Source of the DNA: Candidatus Jordarchaeia archaeon
GTDB lineage: Archaea > Asgardarchaeota > Jordiarchaeia > Jordiarchaeales > Jordiarchaeaceae
Assembly: GCA_029856435.1 (NCBI GenBank)
Contig: JAHQXB010000014.1
Location: 1 to 37,379 of the forward strand
Direction of reading: 5' to 3'
DNA length: 37,379 nucleotides
In this document: positions 19,472 through 29,580 of the stretch, piece by piece
Position numbering within the stretch: position 1 is the first letter of the stretch
Layout: each line of letters opens with the position of its first letter
Position numbers and translations under genes: made by a program
The notes under the pieces: model-generated
The model's input: only the letters and a program-made list of their open reading frames with translations
The model's database searches: none
Told to the model about the DNA's origin: nothing

Positions 19472-19584
19472 ATACTCTTTTAACCCCCAAAATTTTTAGT
19501 GACTTTTTGTCGGAAGTTTTATAAAAATGTTCCGCGAAACCTAAAGGGGGCCTCGTCTTTAAGTGTGTAGCTTCTCTCCATGCG

Positions 19585-19691
19585 GGTGATGTGGAATTGT
19601 TCGGTTTCGCCTCAAAAAGGGATGTTAGTAGGGCTTCGTTCACGATTTGGAGCCTTATTAGGGAGATGGAGCCGAATAAATCTGCATCACC
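19585..19691 (+). mobile_element. 107-bp fold-back MITE with IS1-like ends and 9-bp target-site duplication, copy 3
   Basis: GGTGATG...CATCACC flanked by CTCCATGCG at 19576-19584 and 19692-19700. Confidence 0.8.
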
Positions 19692-19696
19692 CTCCA

Positions 19697-19790
19697 TGCG
19701 TAATCGTTTGTTCCTCTCAAAAAAAAGGAGGCTTTACAGGGCTTCCTTCCAAAGAAGCCTAAAAAATGGTAAGACCAGTTAACCCTGCAC
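19697..19790 (+). repeat. Degenerate older copy of the fold-back MITE
   Basis: TAATCGTTTGTTCCTCTCAAAAAAAAGGAGGCTTTACAGGGCTTCC...AAATGG aligns by eye with the consensus. Confidence 0.4.
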
Positions 19791-19950
19791 AAAATTCATG
19801 TCAACGAACTACATACTACAATAAGGTCCCAATTTACAGGAAGCTTCAGTAGCCACTACCACAGAAGGTAGTTTACCGAATTTCAGCGATGTAAGTTATT
19901 GCACCTTTTTTAAAAATATGTGGGGAGATGGGGTTGTGGTTGGTATTTTT

Positions 19951-20640
19951 CTATTCTTGGGCCTTTTTTGCTTTCCACCTTCTTAGTGCTCTTTCTTCGA
20001 GTATTTTTGAGTATTTTTCCCATTGGTCTTCTTCGCCCTTCTTTTTTCTCCATAGTCTGAAGCGGCATGTTTCCGCTCCTGCAGGGATTATCCATTTGAA
20101 TTCTACATCAAAGTTAATTTCACCTTTTTCTTTAAAGTATCTTCTTATGCCTTCCACTAAGTAGCGTTGCACCCGGCAGTCAAATGGCTTGTAAACGTCT
20201 TGGTGTGGACACCATAGAATATCGAATATGCACTCGTCTTCGTTTAGGATTTCGGGTTTCTCAATGGAGGTCCAGAGAACTGTGTTAATCCATGTTCCCA
20301 CAAAACTGGTTTTCTCTATATCAGTTGTGCCCTCGGGAAATTTTGCGTTTTCAAAACTCTGCCGGGCAACATCGTATCCCACTTTTCTCAGGGCTTCACT
20401 GACCACCCGCTGACCTTCTGGACCAAAGTTTTCCTCCACATCCTCCATGATTTGCAGAACACTCATACCCATCATAGTTCCCCAAATGAGCAAGGTTGCG
20501 GGGTCAAAATCAGGTCTACCCATAACATCTTTCCGGAATCTTTCCACAGCCTTTTTGTAGGGTTCCTCGAACTTGGTTCCCTTCCAATTCTTTTCCTTAC
20601 GTTCACCCTTAACACATATTCCGTCAGTAATCACGGGCAA
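19951..20640 (-). CDS. L-2-amino-thiazoline-4-carboxylic acid hydrolase-like / V4R-like domain protein
   Basis: 229 aa; FDILWCP...DC...I..GAETCRFR Cys pattern. Function not established. Confidence 0.55.
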   Translation of the reverse strand: MPVITDGICVKGERKEKNWKGTKFEEPYKKAVERFRKDVMGRPDFDPATLLIWGTMMGMSVLQIMEDVEENFGPEGQRVVSEALRKVGYDVARQSFENAKFPEGTTDIEKTSFVGTWINTVLWTSIEKPEILNEDECIFDILWCPHQDVYKPFDCRVQRYLVEGIRRYFKEKGEINFDVEFKWIIPAGAETCRFRLWRKKKGEEDQWEKYSKILEERALRRWKAKKAQE

Positions 20641-20837
20641 ATCACCACAATCCCCTAAGAGATTTCAGTAAACTAAAAAGTTTTCTCTTTAGGGATATAA
20701 ATTGTGCTATCCACTTTCTAAATGTATCTTAAGAAAGGCTGAGAACTATTGTTTCTCCGCGAATAGTTGTGCATTTTCACCTTAGTGTGGGTCACCATAA
20801 GTGTGGAAGGCTAGTTGATTTTTATTGTATGTTTTTC

Positions 20838-21332
20838 TTATACTTTGACTAGGTGGTTTTGGTAGTTCTCAACGAAGTATTTTTTGCCTTTCTGGACGAT
20901 TTTGTGGCCTTCTTCTTCTAGTAATTTTTTGTGTGCTTCCACTCCGCCGGGATATTTTTCATTTAGAAGCCCGTCTGCTTTCAACGTGCGCCAGTAGGGG
21001 TTGGGGTTCTCTTTTCCTTCTTTTATGGTTTCTTGGGCGGCGTTGGCGGCGGTCATAATGAATATTCCTGTAGTTAGGGTGCAGCATGCTTCAACATTAT
21101 ATTTCTTGGCGAGTTTCATACAGATTTCTCTAATGGTTATGAGTTTGCCTCTGGGCACCGTTTTCATAACTTCTTCTACTTCGCAGGGGTTGACAAGCAC
21201 ACACCTGTCACCCACCTTCGCCCCCATTTTTTGTAGGGCTCTGAAACAGGGTTCTCCACCTTTCAGCTTTATTATCTTTGGAAATCCCTTCTTATCAGAC
21301 ATTTTCTCCCGCCACGATTTTCTCCTGCTCAT
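20838..21332 (-). CDS. MGMT/alkyltransferase-like DNA-binding protein
   Basis: VPRGKLITIREI HTH region, PYWR in place of PCHR, LLEEEG near the C-terminus. Confidence 0.7.
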   Translation of the reverse strand: MSRRKSWREKMSDKKGFPKIIKLKGGEPCFRALQKMGAKVGDRCVLVNPCEVEEVMKTVPRGKLITIREICMKLAKKYNVEACCTLTTGIFIMTAANAAQETIKEGKENPNPYWRTLKADGLLNEKYPGGVEAHKKLLEEEGHKIVQKGKKYFVENYQNHLVKV

Positions 21333-21631
21333 ACCCTTTTCACCATCCTAATTTAATTTAGGTACAAAATATATGAAATAAGTTATAGTTTCAGGATATA
21401 ACGTTGGCGGAGTCATTTTTTAGCTATAGATTTGGAAGTTTTCCCAGCCGCCTTCCTATAAATGGTAATAATTTCTGCTGAGAGGAAACGTTTTTGTTTG
21501 AGTCGTTTGAGAGTTTTCAGTCTTTGGATTCATCAGATCTACTTTTTGGTTTTGAATCACTCTTCAATCCCTAGCATTTTCGTTAATCTGCCTTCTGCTT
21601 TAGATGTGGGCGAGTCTTAATTAGTCGATGG

Positions 21632-21876
21632 TTGACACTCTCCACGGCTGAAGCCGGGAGATTCCCTCATATAAGATTTTCATCGGCTCTGTGTTCATCG
21701 CCCTTTTTAGGCTTCCACCTCACTCCACTCCGCCTTAGCAGGGGCTGTGCCACCAGCCCGTTAACCTCGCCTACATGGAGGCTAGCTATTTTTAAGGCTC
21801 CAACGGCACCGGCATTTAAACTTATTGACAATTCATCCCGCGGTTAAAACTGTAGGCTTTCTTGTCTCTGCGACTT
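21632..21876 (-). mobile_element. 245-bp non-autonomous IS200/IS605 element, element C
   Basis: Same length and layout as element B. Minus-strand right end GGAATCTCCCGGCTTCAGCCGTGGAGAGTGTCAA; TATA-like TTTAAAT at 21814-21820. Left flank reads ATTT rather than TTAC. Confidence 0.8.
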
Positions 21877-22029
21877 AAATTTAAACTATGAGTGGAAAAT
21901 ATTCATAAAAACTAGTAACTATATACTTTTATTGATTTTGAGAAAATAATGAGTTGTGCCTTTTTCAAAAGCGTAAATTAAATCTTTCTATTTATTATGT
22001 TTTAGTCCGATGTGTGGAGAGTGGTGTTT

Positions 22030-23154
22030 TTGGCTAAGAAGGCTAATGATGTTTCTTGGACTCCGGAGATGTTGGAGAAGGGTGGTTATCCACACTTTAT
22101 GCTGAAGGAGATTCATGAGCAGCCGAAGGCTTTGAGAAATGCTCTCAGTTTAAGGTTAGAGGTTTGCCAAGAGGCGGCACGGATTCTTAACGATTCCCAA
22201 CAGGTGTATATTACTGCGGCGGGCACATCGAATCATGCAGGGTTGGCTGGGCGTTACATGTTCACTAAACTTTCGCGGGTTCGAACTCAGAACATTTTGT
22301 CTTCTGAGTTTCCGGAGCTTACCGGGGAGCTTCTATGCGAGGACGATGTGGTTCTCGCTATTAGCCAGTCTGGGGAAACGGCGGACACAATAAATGCGGT
22401 TAAACATGCTAAGAGGCAGGGGGCAAAGGTGATTTCAGTGACAAATGTTGTGGGTAGCACTATGAGTAAACTCTCCGACTATACTATTTACACCTATGCG
22501 GGGCCAGAGTACGGGCTTGCAGCCACCAAAACATTCCTTGTTCAAGTTGCATGCCTATCATTGTTATCGCTGGATTTGTCTCTCATGAGGGGTTCTCTTA
22601 GTGATGGTGAGGTTAAAACTCTTAGAGAGGGTTTAATGAATACGCCTTATGTGGTTGATAGGACAATTAAGAGGCAGGATAGGGTGGTTAGAGATGTTGC
22701 TTATCAATTTGCGAATAAGCAGAGTTTCCTTTTCTTGGGGCGTGGTATTAGCACCGCCACGGCCATGGAGGGAGCGCTAAAACTTAAGGAAACTGCTTAT
22801 ATTCACGCTGAAGCCTATCCTGCGGGGGAGTTCAGACATGGACCAATGGCACTCATTGAGCCGGGATTCCCGGTAATAATAATTGCGCCTCCAGATGAGA
22901 CTTATGATAGGCTGGTTAAAAATTTGGGGGAGGTTAAGGTGCACCAGGCGAAAATAATAAGTGTGGTGCAGGAGGATGATTCTGAGGTGCGGGCATTGTC
23001 AGACCATGCAATTAGTATTCCGGAGACTGCGCCCATGTTTTCTCCCATAACCTTTGTGGTTCCCCTACAGTTGTTCGCTTATTTTGTGGCGTTCAGGAGA
23101 GGGTATAATCCGGATAAGCCCCGATACCTGGTAAAAGCGGTCACGGAGCCCTAA
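22030..23154 (+). CDS. SIS-domain sugar-phosphate isomerase/deaminase (GlmS C-terminal domain only, GlmD-like)
   Basis: AGTS, SQSGETADT, ATKT, EGALKLKE, EFRHGP and VKAVT motifs; no glutaminase domain. Probable TTG start 22030 after GGAGAGTGG (ORF track start 22012). Confidence 0.85.
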   Translation: MAKKANDVSWTPEMLEKGGYPHFMLKEIHEQPKALRNALSLRLEVCQEAARILNDSQQVYITAAGTSNHAGLAGRYMFTKLSRVRTQNILSSEFPELTGELLCEDDVVLAISQSGETADTINAVKHAKRQGAKVISVTNVVGSTMSKLSDYTIYTYAGPEYGLAATKTFLVQVACLSLLSLDLSLMRGSLSDGEVKTLREGLMNTPYVVDRTIKRQDRVVRDVAYQFANKQSFLFLGRGISTATAMEGALKLKETAYIHAEAYPAGEFRHGPMALIEPGFPVIIIAPPDETYDRLVKNLGEVKVHQAKIISVVQEDDSEVRALSDHAISIPETAPMFSPITFVVPLQLFAYFVAFRRGYNPDKPRYLVKAVTEP

Positions 23155-23172
23155 AGGCCTTGGTGAAGTTTT

Positions 23173-24654
23173 ATGCTTGTCAAAGAATGGATCGAGAAGT
23201 ATTTTCAGGCACTCCAAGAGGTTAAAAGAAACATTGGGCTCTGCCACATGTTTATCACGGGTTTAAACACTAATATTGATGGACTAAAACACGTCAGGGG
23301 CCCAGAAATAGAAAAGATAGTAAATGAAGAAAAATTGGCAGAAGAAGTTCTCCACAAGTTGAACAATCCTCCTAGGGAAATTGTGACTTTTTCCGATGTT
23401 TTGGCCGGTATACTCTACTGTGCCAAGAATGGTGATGGAGAAGAATGGTTCATTCGCAAACCCCGAATTACTGAGATGATAAAATCAGTTTTTGGCTATG
23501 ATAGGTTGCGTATGGGTGGGCAGTGTGGAATAATGACCAATGTGCTGGCCCTTATGAACCTAAAAGTTATTCCGAACGTGGTGGAGCTCCCCCCACTGCA
23601 GGCGGAGCAATTCACCAAGAACTGTGGGGAAATCCTTATACCTCGGTTTGAGGGGGGAAAAATTGTTTTCAAGAAACCTTTAGAAGCGGCTAGAGAAGAA
23701 GACAAAGTCTTTATACATTGGATATTTGAGTTCGACAATCAATTCAAAGCAAGAATTAACCACGAAATTGTGGAGGCTCCGGTTGAAAACAGGTTCATAG
23801 CAACCTATGATGATGAAAACATTAAGCTAAAAACGGATCCCGCTTTTCGGGAGGGAACCCTAAAAGTAATCCAGAAAGTGGGAAGGGTGATACTCTCCGG
23901 CTACCATATGCTTCAAAAGGTTTATCCTGATGGTTCCAAGCCTGAAGACTACATAAGGGAAACCCTAGACCTCATCAATTCCTGGAGGGAGAGAAATCCG
24001 GAAATTAGGATACACAGCGAGATAGGCTTCCTAGCTGAGCCAGACCTGAGAAAATCGGTTCTTGACATGGTGGCTCCAAATGTGGATTCTCTTGGTTTAA
24101 ATGAGGATGAATTAGCAGATAATCTACACACCCTAGGAGATAGGGATGGTCTTGCGGAAATAAAAGCCTTGGACGCTCCAAAGATTTATATGGGCGCAAG
24201 AAAGATTTTGGAGAAGTATCACTTGCCACGCATAATGGTGCACACTAGAGAATTCTCCCTAAGTTTGACTACCCCAAATTATGGAATCCATCCCCGAGAC
24301 GAACTATACTCTATAATGTTCGGTTCACTATTCGCAGCCACACTGGCACACACTGGAAACTTCCCCACAATCCAAGTCGCAGAAAAAACTCTCAAAAGCG
24401 GCGAACTAAAAGTAAGCATGAGGGGCATGGCGGAACACCAGAAACTCGCAGAACTACTTGAAAATGAGGAAGGCTACCCCAAGCAGAAATTTCTAGAAGA
24501 GGGATTCACAGATACAGAGCCCTCAATAGCCTTTGTTCCTTCAAAGTTAACGGAGCCCAAAGCCACTGTGGGAATGGGAGACACCATAACCTCAGCCACC
24601 CTAGCAGCACAAGAAGCACTAACACGCAGAGCCAAAAAACACCAAAACAATTAA
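23173..24654 (+). CDS. ADP-dependent glucokinase (PfkC family), glucose/glucosamine type
   Basis: NTNID, MGGQ.GIM.N, DSLGLNEDE and TVGMGDTI motifs. IHWIFEF and APVENRFI resemble glucokinase-type rather than PFK-type members. Confidence 0.85.
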   Translation: MLVKEWIEKYFQALQEVKRNIGLCHMFITGLNTNIDGLKHVRGPEIEKIVNEEKLAEEVLHKLNNPPREIVTFSDVLAGILYCAKNGDGEEWFIRKPRITEMIKSVFGYDRLRMGGQCGIMTNVLALMNLKVIPNVVELPPLQAEQFTKNCGEILIPRFEGGKIVFKKPLEAAREEDKVFIHWIFEFDNQFKARINHEIVEAPVENRFIATYDDENIKLKTDPAFREGTLKVIQKVGRVILSGYHMLQKVYPDGSKPEDYIRETLDLINSWRERNPEIRIHSEIGFLAEPDLRKSVLDMVAPNVDSLGLNEDELADNLHTLGDRDGLAEIKALDAPKIYMGARKILEKYHLPRIMVHTREFSLSLTTPNYGIHPRDELYSIMFGSLFAATLAHTGNFPTIQVAEKTLKSGELKVSMRGMAEHQKLAELLENEEGYPKQKFLEEGFTDTEPSIAFVPSKLTEPKATVGMGDTITSATLAAQEALTRRAKKHQNN

Positions 24655-24737
24655 TAAACACCACAAATATAGAGTAACCATAAATATGATTAGGTTAGGT
24701 GACTTTTCCCATTTTTTCTTGAAATGGAGGATTTGTT

Positions 24738-25577
24738 TTGTGTCAATATTGTGTTGAACATGGTCAGGGTACTAAATGGTATTTGAATCCTAAGAATTTG
24801 AATCTTAAGAAGGCGTGGGAAGATGCTAACGTTAGATCAGTTTTGGAGTCTCTGGCACTCGGTGGGCCCAAGGCGCTGGTTGAAACCATAGCTTCTGTGA
24901 ACGCCCTAGTTGAGGAGCTACCCTACTCCAAAGACGCGTTAGAGGCACTAAATAAAATGTCTGAGGGGGCTAACGGTGGACAAGTGGTTCCCCTAGAAGA
25001 CACAATCCAAATTCTAAAGACTCCTCAGAAGTTCGACATGAAAATAGGGTTAACCTACTGTGCCTGCAGAAAACAGTGGGGGGGACAAAACAAAATGGTC
25101 TGCATGCACTTTGAACCATTCTGCGACCTTCTAAAAAAGTCCCAGGGCACCCTATCCAAATATGATAGATACATCACACCCGAGGAAGCCATAGAACTCT
25201 GCAAAGACTGCTACAAGGAGGGACTCGTGCAGTGGGTTCAATGGTGCTCGATGCCCAACGTAATAGGAATCTGTAACTGCGAATTACCCTACTGCATAGT
25301 GTTCAGAACCAGACTAATTTCAGGCGTGAGAAACGCAGCCATAAAAGGCCACTACATTGCGCAGATTGACCAGAAAAGGTGTGATGGCTGCGGAGGAAGC
25401 CCCCAATGCTTACTAGCATGCAACTTTGGAGCCATAAGGTTCTCAAGACTGGAGCAGTACTCAGTCGTCGACCCCACAATGTGCTTCGGCTGCGGAGTAT
25501 GCAGAGAACGGTGTCCAAACAAGGCCATAAGCCTCATTGATAGGGAAAGCGTGGCAGTGGCAAAGGACCTCTGGTAG
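24738..25577 (+). CDS. 4Fe-4S binding protein with N-terminal CxxC
   Basis: MCQYC..HG start, CACRK, ICNC, and two C-terminal ferredoxin motifs (CDGC...C...C; CFGCGVC...CP). Confidence 0.8.
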   Translation: MCQYCVEHGQGTKWYLNPKNLNLKKAWEDANVRSVLESLALGGPKALVETIASVNALVEELPYSKDALEALNKMSEGANGGQVVPLEDTIQILKTPQKFDMKIGLTYCACRKQWGGQNKMVCMHFEPFCDLLKKSQGTLSKYDRYITPEEAIELCKDCYKEGLVQWVQWCSMPNVIGICNCELPYCIVFRTRLISGVRNAAIKGHYIAQIDQKRCDGCGGSPQCLLACNFGAIRFSRLEQYSVVDPTMCFGCGVCRERCPNKAISLIDRESVAVAKDLW

Positions 25578-25602
25578 CTAGAAAGAAAAGGAGGTAGCAA
25601 CT

Positions 25603-25836
25603 TTGAAAAAGTACAACATAGTTGTCGACATGGGGAAGTGTGTGGCACCCCAAAATTGTGACTTGAAATGTATCAAGACTTGTCCTCTTAAAGTATTCGC
25701 TTATTATCCCATTGACACTTCAAGAGAGGACAGCCCAGTTATGATAACTGCGACTTTCCCCTTTTCCTGTAATGGATGCAACCTCTGCGTCGTAGCGTGC
25801 AAGCCAAGAGCCATATCTGTTTCTCCACCCGCGTAG
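25603..25836 (+). CDS. Ferredoxin (2x[4Fe-4S] type)
   Basis: C...NC...C...CP and CNGCNLC...C motifs; GGAGGT RBS. Confidence 0.8.
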   Translation: MKKYNIVVDMGKCVAPQNCDLKCIKTCPLKVFAYYPIDTSREDSPVMITATFPFSCNGCNLCVVACKPRAISVSPPA

Positions 25837-25940
25837 GACGTGGTTTTGTTCGATTAGTCTCCGAGGAAGTGTTTATAGGGCTTCTTTTCCCATTTAGAAC
25901 CCTAAAATAAAAAATGGAACCGGGTGAGTCTAAATCGTTC
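25836..25940 (+). repeat. Diverged copy of the fold-back MITE
   Basis: GTTCGATT...GTGTTTATAGGGCTTCTTT...ATTTAGAACC...ATGGAACCG is colinear with the consensus; begins at the ferredoxin stop codon. Confidence 0.55.
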
Positions 25941-27223
25941 TAGCATAGATTCGCCATCCCTAAATTGCTGGTAGCCTCCAATTTTCTATTAGGAGTGGTA
26001 AGTACGGGTTCAAGGTGGAAGGGTGACGAAAAGGGGGGTTTCCTACTGGTGGGAGGAAGCCTAACAGTAAAAAGTTAACGCCTTGTTTCCTCGCCCTAGC
26101 AGTAATCTGTCTGTTCGCTGGACTAAACCCCTTACTACATTACATTTAAGCCTGTTTATGGGATGTTAAAACTGCTTCTATTTAGAATAAAGCTTGTTAA
26201 CTTCCAACAGTTAACGTTAAAGAAAAACTATTAAAATTATTATGCCTCAAAAACAGCCATACATATACATGTCGTGCAGCCGACTCCAGCCAAAACCCGG
26301 AGTGCGGGAAGTTTGAAAAAGTCCAATGGGGACAGGGCCACAACTAGGAACATTCCCCTACCGAAAGCAGTGGAGATGTGCCTGTCTCACCCGTTCCCCC
26401 GGGCGATAGATTCACAGGATAATATGTTTTTACCATTGTGTCCTAATAATTTATGGTTTTATCGGTGTTTTTCCTCAATTTTTAATATTTCCATCCCATT
26501 TAAGTGGTGAGAAACAGTTTTTGAGAAGAGCCAAAAAAAGGGCCCAAAAACACGAGATTTTGCGAATCTATCGCCGGGAGAAAGCCTCCCCATGAAACCG
26601 AGGAAAAAACCAAGTTACGCGAGGTCGACGCTGGGTCAGAACGGGTTACCTCAATTATAGGTACTTAGTGTAGTTGTTAAGGGAACAGAACATATTTCTT
26701 TCATTGACGGCAATCTTCTTACTTGCAGGCCTCGCAAGTTTCATTTTTTCCATTATTCGCAAGTAGTTCACGATTCTAACCAAGACTTGAAAAAGAGTCC
26801 AAATCAACTGTCAGTTCGAGTAAATGACAGCTTCCCAAATGTTAGACCAGAAAAACCGATAAAAGCCAGTGTTGAGGTATCTTTACAAATAATTAAACAG
26901 TATATTAACATAATTCTCATAGCTAATTGGACGCTTCCCACAAATAGGTTTGGGGATTCTTACTTCCAACCCCGCACAAAGAGCTCTGGAAGCAATGAGT
27001 AAACCGCCTAGTCAGCATGCTCTTCTTGGGGAATGGCTAATTTGTGGCTTAATTTTTTTCTTTCAAAAATTTTTAGCATCTATTCAAAATTTTTTTTATT
27101 ACTATTTAGAAAATTTTAATATTTTCCCCCATTATATGGGTTTAATAGTTTCCTCTGGTAATTGTAGGCTTCCCTGAAAACTTTTATGGTTATGCAGGAT
27201 TGATTTGGTGTGGATGGATGGAA

Positions 27224-28720
27224 ATGTCTGGAAAGTATGATGTAATAGTGGTTGGCGCGGGTCTTGGGGGACTCTCCGCCGCGGCCTCGCTGGCTAAGAA
27301 TGGACAGAAGGTTCTTTTACTAGAGAAACATTATAGGCCTGGCGGCTATGCGGGAAGTTTTGTGCGGGGTAGATTCGAATTCGAAATCGCCTTGCATGAA
27401 CTCTCCGGTCTGAACCTGGACGCTAAACGCGGCTTCTTCTACAAGTATTTGGAAAATCTGGGAATAACAAAGAGGATTGAATTCGTCAAGCTGGACACTG
27501 TTTACCGCTCCGTGTTTTCCGATATGGAGGTAACGGTTCCCGCGGGAAGAGAAGAGGCCGAAGGCGTTTTGGTAGACACCTTTCCCAAAGAGGCTGAAGG
27601 AATAAAACGTTTCATGGCAAGGATGAGCGCCACCAACAGGGCCCTAACCCTAATACAAAGAGGGGAAAGCTTTTCAAACCCCGAAATAAAAGAAAACTTC
27701 CTACCCTACCTAGACAAAACCCTAGCCGACGTCCTACAAAAGGATGTTAAAGACCCTAAAGCCCGGGCAGTCTTATCCCAACTGATGGGCTACTGCGGCC
27801 TGCCCCCATCAGAACTAGCATACGTAATATACGCCATTGTTTATGACACATATATACACCTTGGGGGAGCCCAAATCAAAGGCACATCCCAAAGCCTCGT
27901 CAACGCATTTGTAGATATTATCCAAGAGGCGGATAGCGAAGTTCGAGTCAACTGCGGAGTTAAAAAAATCCTCACCGAAGGCGACAGAGTAACAGGAGTA
28001 GTTACGGAAAATGGCGAAACCTTCCTCTCAGACCACATAATCTCAAACGTTAATCCTTTGACAACCTGCGCCAAAATGATTGGCGTAGACAAAGTTCCCA
28101 GTTCCTTTTTTGAAAAACTGCAAACCAAAGAAATCGCCATAGGAACCATGAACGTGTACCTAGGATTAGACGCACCCCACCGAGAACTGGGAATAGATGA
28201 ATTCGAAATATTCTTTAACGCAGGCTACGACTTCGACGCAGCTTGGGCAAAAAGTAGAGTCAGTCTAGAACCCGCAGACTTCGCCCTAGCTACCTACAAT
28301 GTTGCATACCCGGAAGCCTCTCCCCCAGGAACCACAGCTGCAGTCATCACCACTCTAAGCTACGCCCAACCCTGGTACAAAGTTCCCCCCTCAGAATACG
28401 TAGACACCAAGAACAGGATGGGCGAAAAACTACTAAATAAATTGGAAAGATTCTATCCCGGAGTCAGAGAGCACATAGAGGTCATTGAAGTATCCACACC
28501 CCTAACAAACATGCGCTACACGGGAAATCTCGGAGGCTCCATCCTTGGAACCCCCTACAGCCCAAACAACATATTTGGAAACCGCCTACCCCAACAAGGA
28601 CCCTTAAAAGGACTTTACTTTGCCGGAGCATGGACCCAAATAGGAGGAGGATTCCAAACCTGCATCATGTCCGGTATGTTAGCCGCACAAACGGTAATGG
28701 CTCAACTAATGAAAAAGTAG
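27224..28720 (+). CDS. Phytoene desaturase/CrtI-RetSat-like FAD-dependent oxidoreductase, paralog 1
   Basis: YDVIVVGAGLGG...LLEKH..PGGY FAD motif; STPLT..RYT and LYFAGAW...GGG C-terminal motifs. ATG 27224 (ORF track start 27200). Confidence 0.85.
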   Translation: MSGKYDVIVVGAGLGGLSAAASLAKNGQKVLLLEKHYRPGGYAGSFVRGRFEFEIALHELSGLNLDAKRGFFYKYLENLGITKRIEFVKLDTVYRSVFSDMEVTVPAGREEAEGVLVDTFPKEAEGIKRFMARMSATNRALTLIQRGESFSNPEIKENFLPYLDKTLADVLQKDVKDPKARAVLSQLMGYCGLPPSELAYVIYAIVYDTYIHLGGAQIKGTSQSLVNAFVDIIQEADSEVRVNCGVKKILTEGDRVTGVVTENGETFLSDHIISNVNPLTTCAKMIGVDKVPSSFFEKLQTKEIAIGTMNVYLGLDAPHRELGIDEFEIFFNAGYDFDAAWAKSRVSLEPADFALATYNVAYPEASPPGTTAAVITTLSYAQPWYKVPPSEYVDTKNRMGEKLLNKLERFYPGVREHIEVIEVSTPLTNMRYTGNLGGSILGTPYSPNNIFGNRLPQQGPLKGLYFAGAWTQIGGGFQTCIMSGMLAAQTVMAQLMKK

Positions 28721-28732
28721 GGAGAAACCACC

Positions 28733-29574
28733 ATTTCTGAGAAGTATGACGCCATAGTTATTGGTGCGGGTATGGGGGAACTCTCTGCTGCCGCCACTCT
28801 AGCCAGTAATAGGCAGAGTGTTTTGCTGCTGGAAAAACATTATAGGCCTGGTGGGTACGCGGGAAGTTTTGTGCGGGGTAGATTCGAATTCGAAACCGCC
28901 CTCCATGTACTATCCGGATTGGATTTAGAGGGAAAAACGTGGCTCACTCTACAGGAATTTTGAGAGCCTTGGAATCACGAAAAGGGTGGACTTGAAGGTG
29001 GACAATTTTTAAGCTGTTTATCCAGATATGAAGATCACAGTGCCAGCCAACCGGGAGGCTGCGGAAGAAGTTTTGGTGGACGTGTCTCCCCATGAGTTGG
29101 AGGGAATAAAGTGTTTCTTGGACAGAATGGCGGCTACAAACAGGACCTTGGCATTGTTAACCCGCACGGGAGACATTTCTCAGAAGGAGATTAAAGAGGA
29201 CTTTCTTACTTGCCGAGAAAAAACTCTGGCCGACGTTCTGCATATCGATGTGAAGGATCCTTAAGGCTCGTGCCGTGTTATCCCACATTATGGGATATTT
29301 TGGTTTGCCACCCTCCCAAGTTTCGTACATAGTGTGTGCGATTGCTTATGATACTCTTCTGAGATAGGGAATAACGCAGGTTAAGGGCACCTCCCAGACT
29401 CTATCCAACGCCTTCGTGGATATCATTGAGGAAAAGAGTAGCGAGGTTAGGCTCAGCCGTGGAGTTAAAAGAATCCTCACCGAAGGCCGAGTGAAAGGAA
29501 TGCTAACCGAAAACGATGAAAAAATATTTTTAGACTACATCGTTTCAAACGTTAAACCGTTGTTGGATAGTTAA
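28733..29574 (+). pseudogene. Decayed, 3'-truncated third paralog of the CrtI-like oxidoreductase
   Basis: Start ATG changed to ATT; GAGMGE instead of GAGLGG; at least two +1 frameshifts (near 28935 and 29262) and in-frame TAA/TAG. Homology stops at the SNV.P motif 6 bp before element D. Confidence 0.85.
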
Positions 29575-29580
29575 CATTTT

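Noticed and set aside
19851-19876. AGCCACTACC-ACAGAA-GGTAGTTTAC, possible decayed IS605 right end
   Set aside because: Too short and degenerate, with no scaffold or left end recognisable.
471-25940. Repeats as a CRISPR array
   Set aside because: Copies are kilobases apart, ~108 or ~245 bp long, with no regular spacers and no cas genes.
25960-26510. Short hydrophobic frame, 78-aa ORF and GGACAGG/CCTGTC stem
   Set aside because: No start/RBS support, homology or repeat copy; insufficient evidence for a gene or ncRNA.
26546-26570. AGATTTTGCGAATCT similarity to the TIR at 89-112
   Set aside because: About 15 bp with mismatches and no partner TIR.
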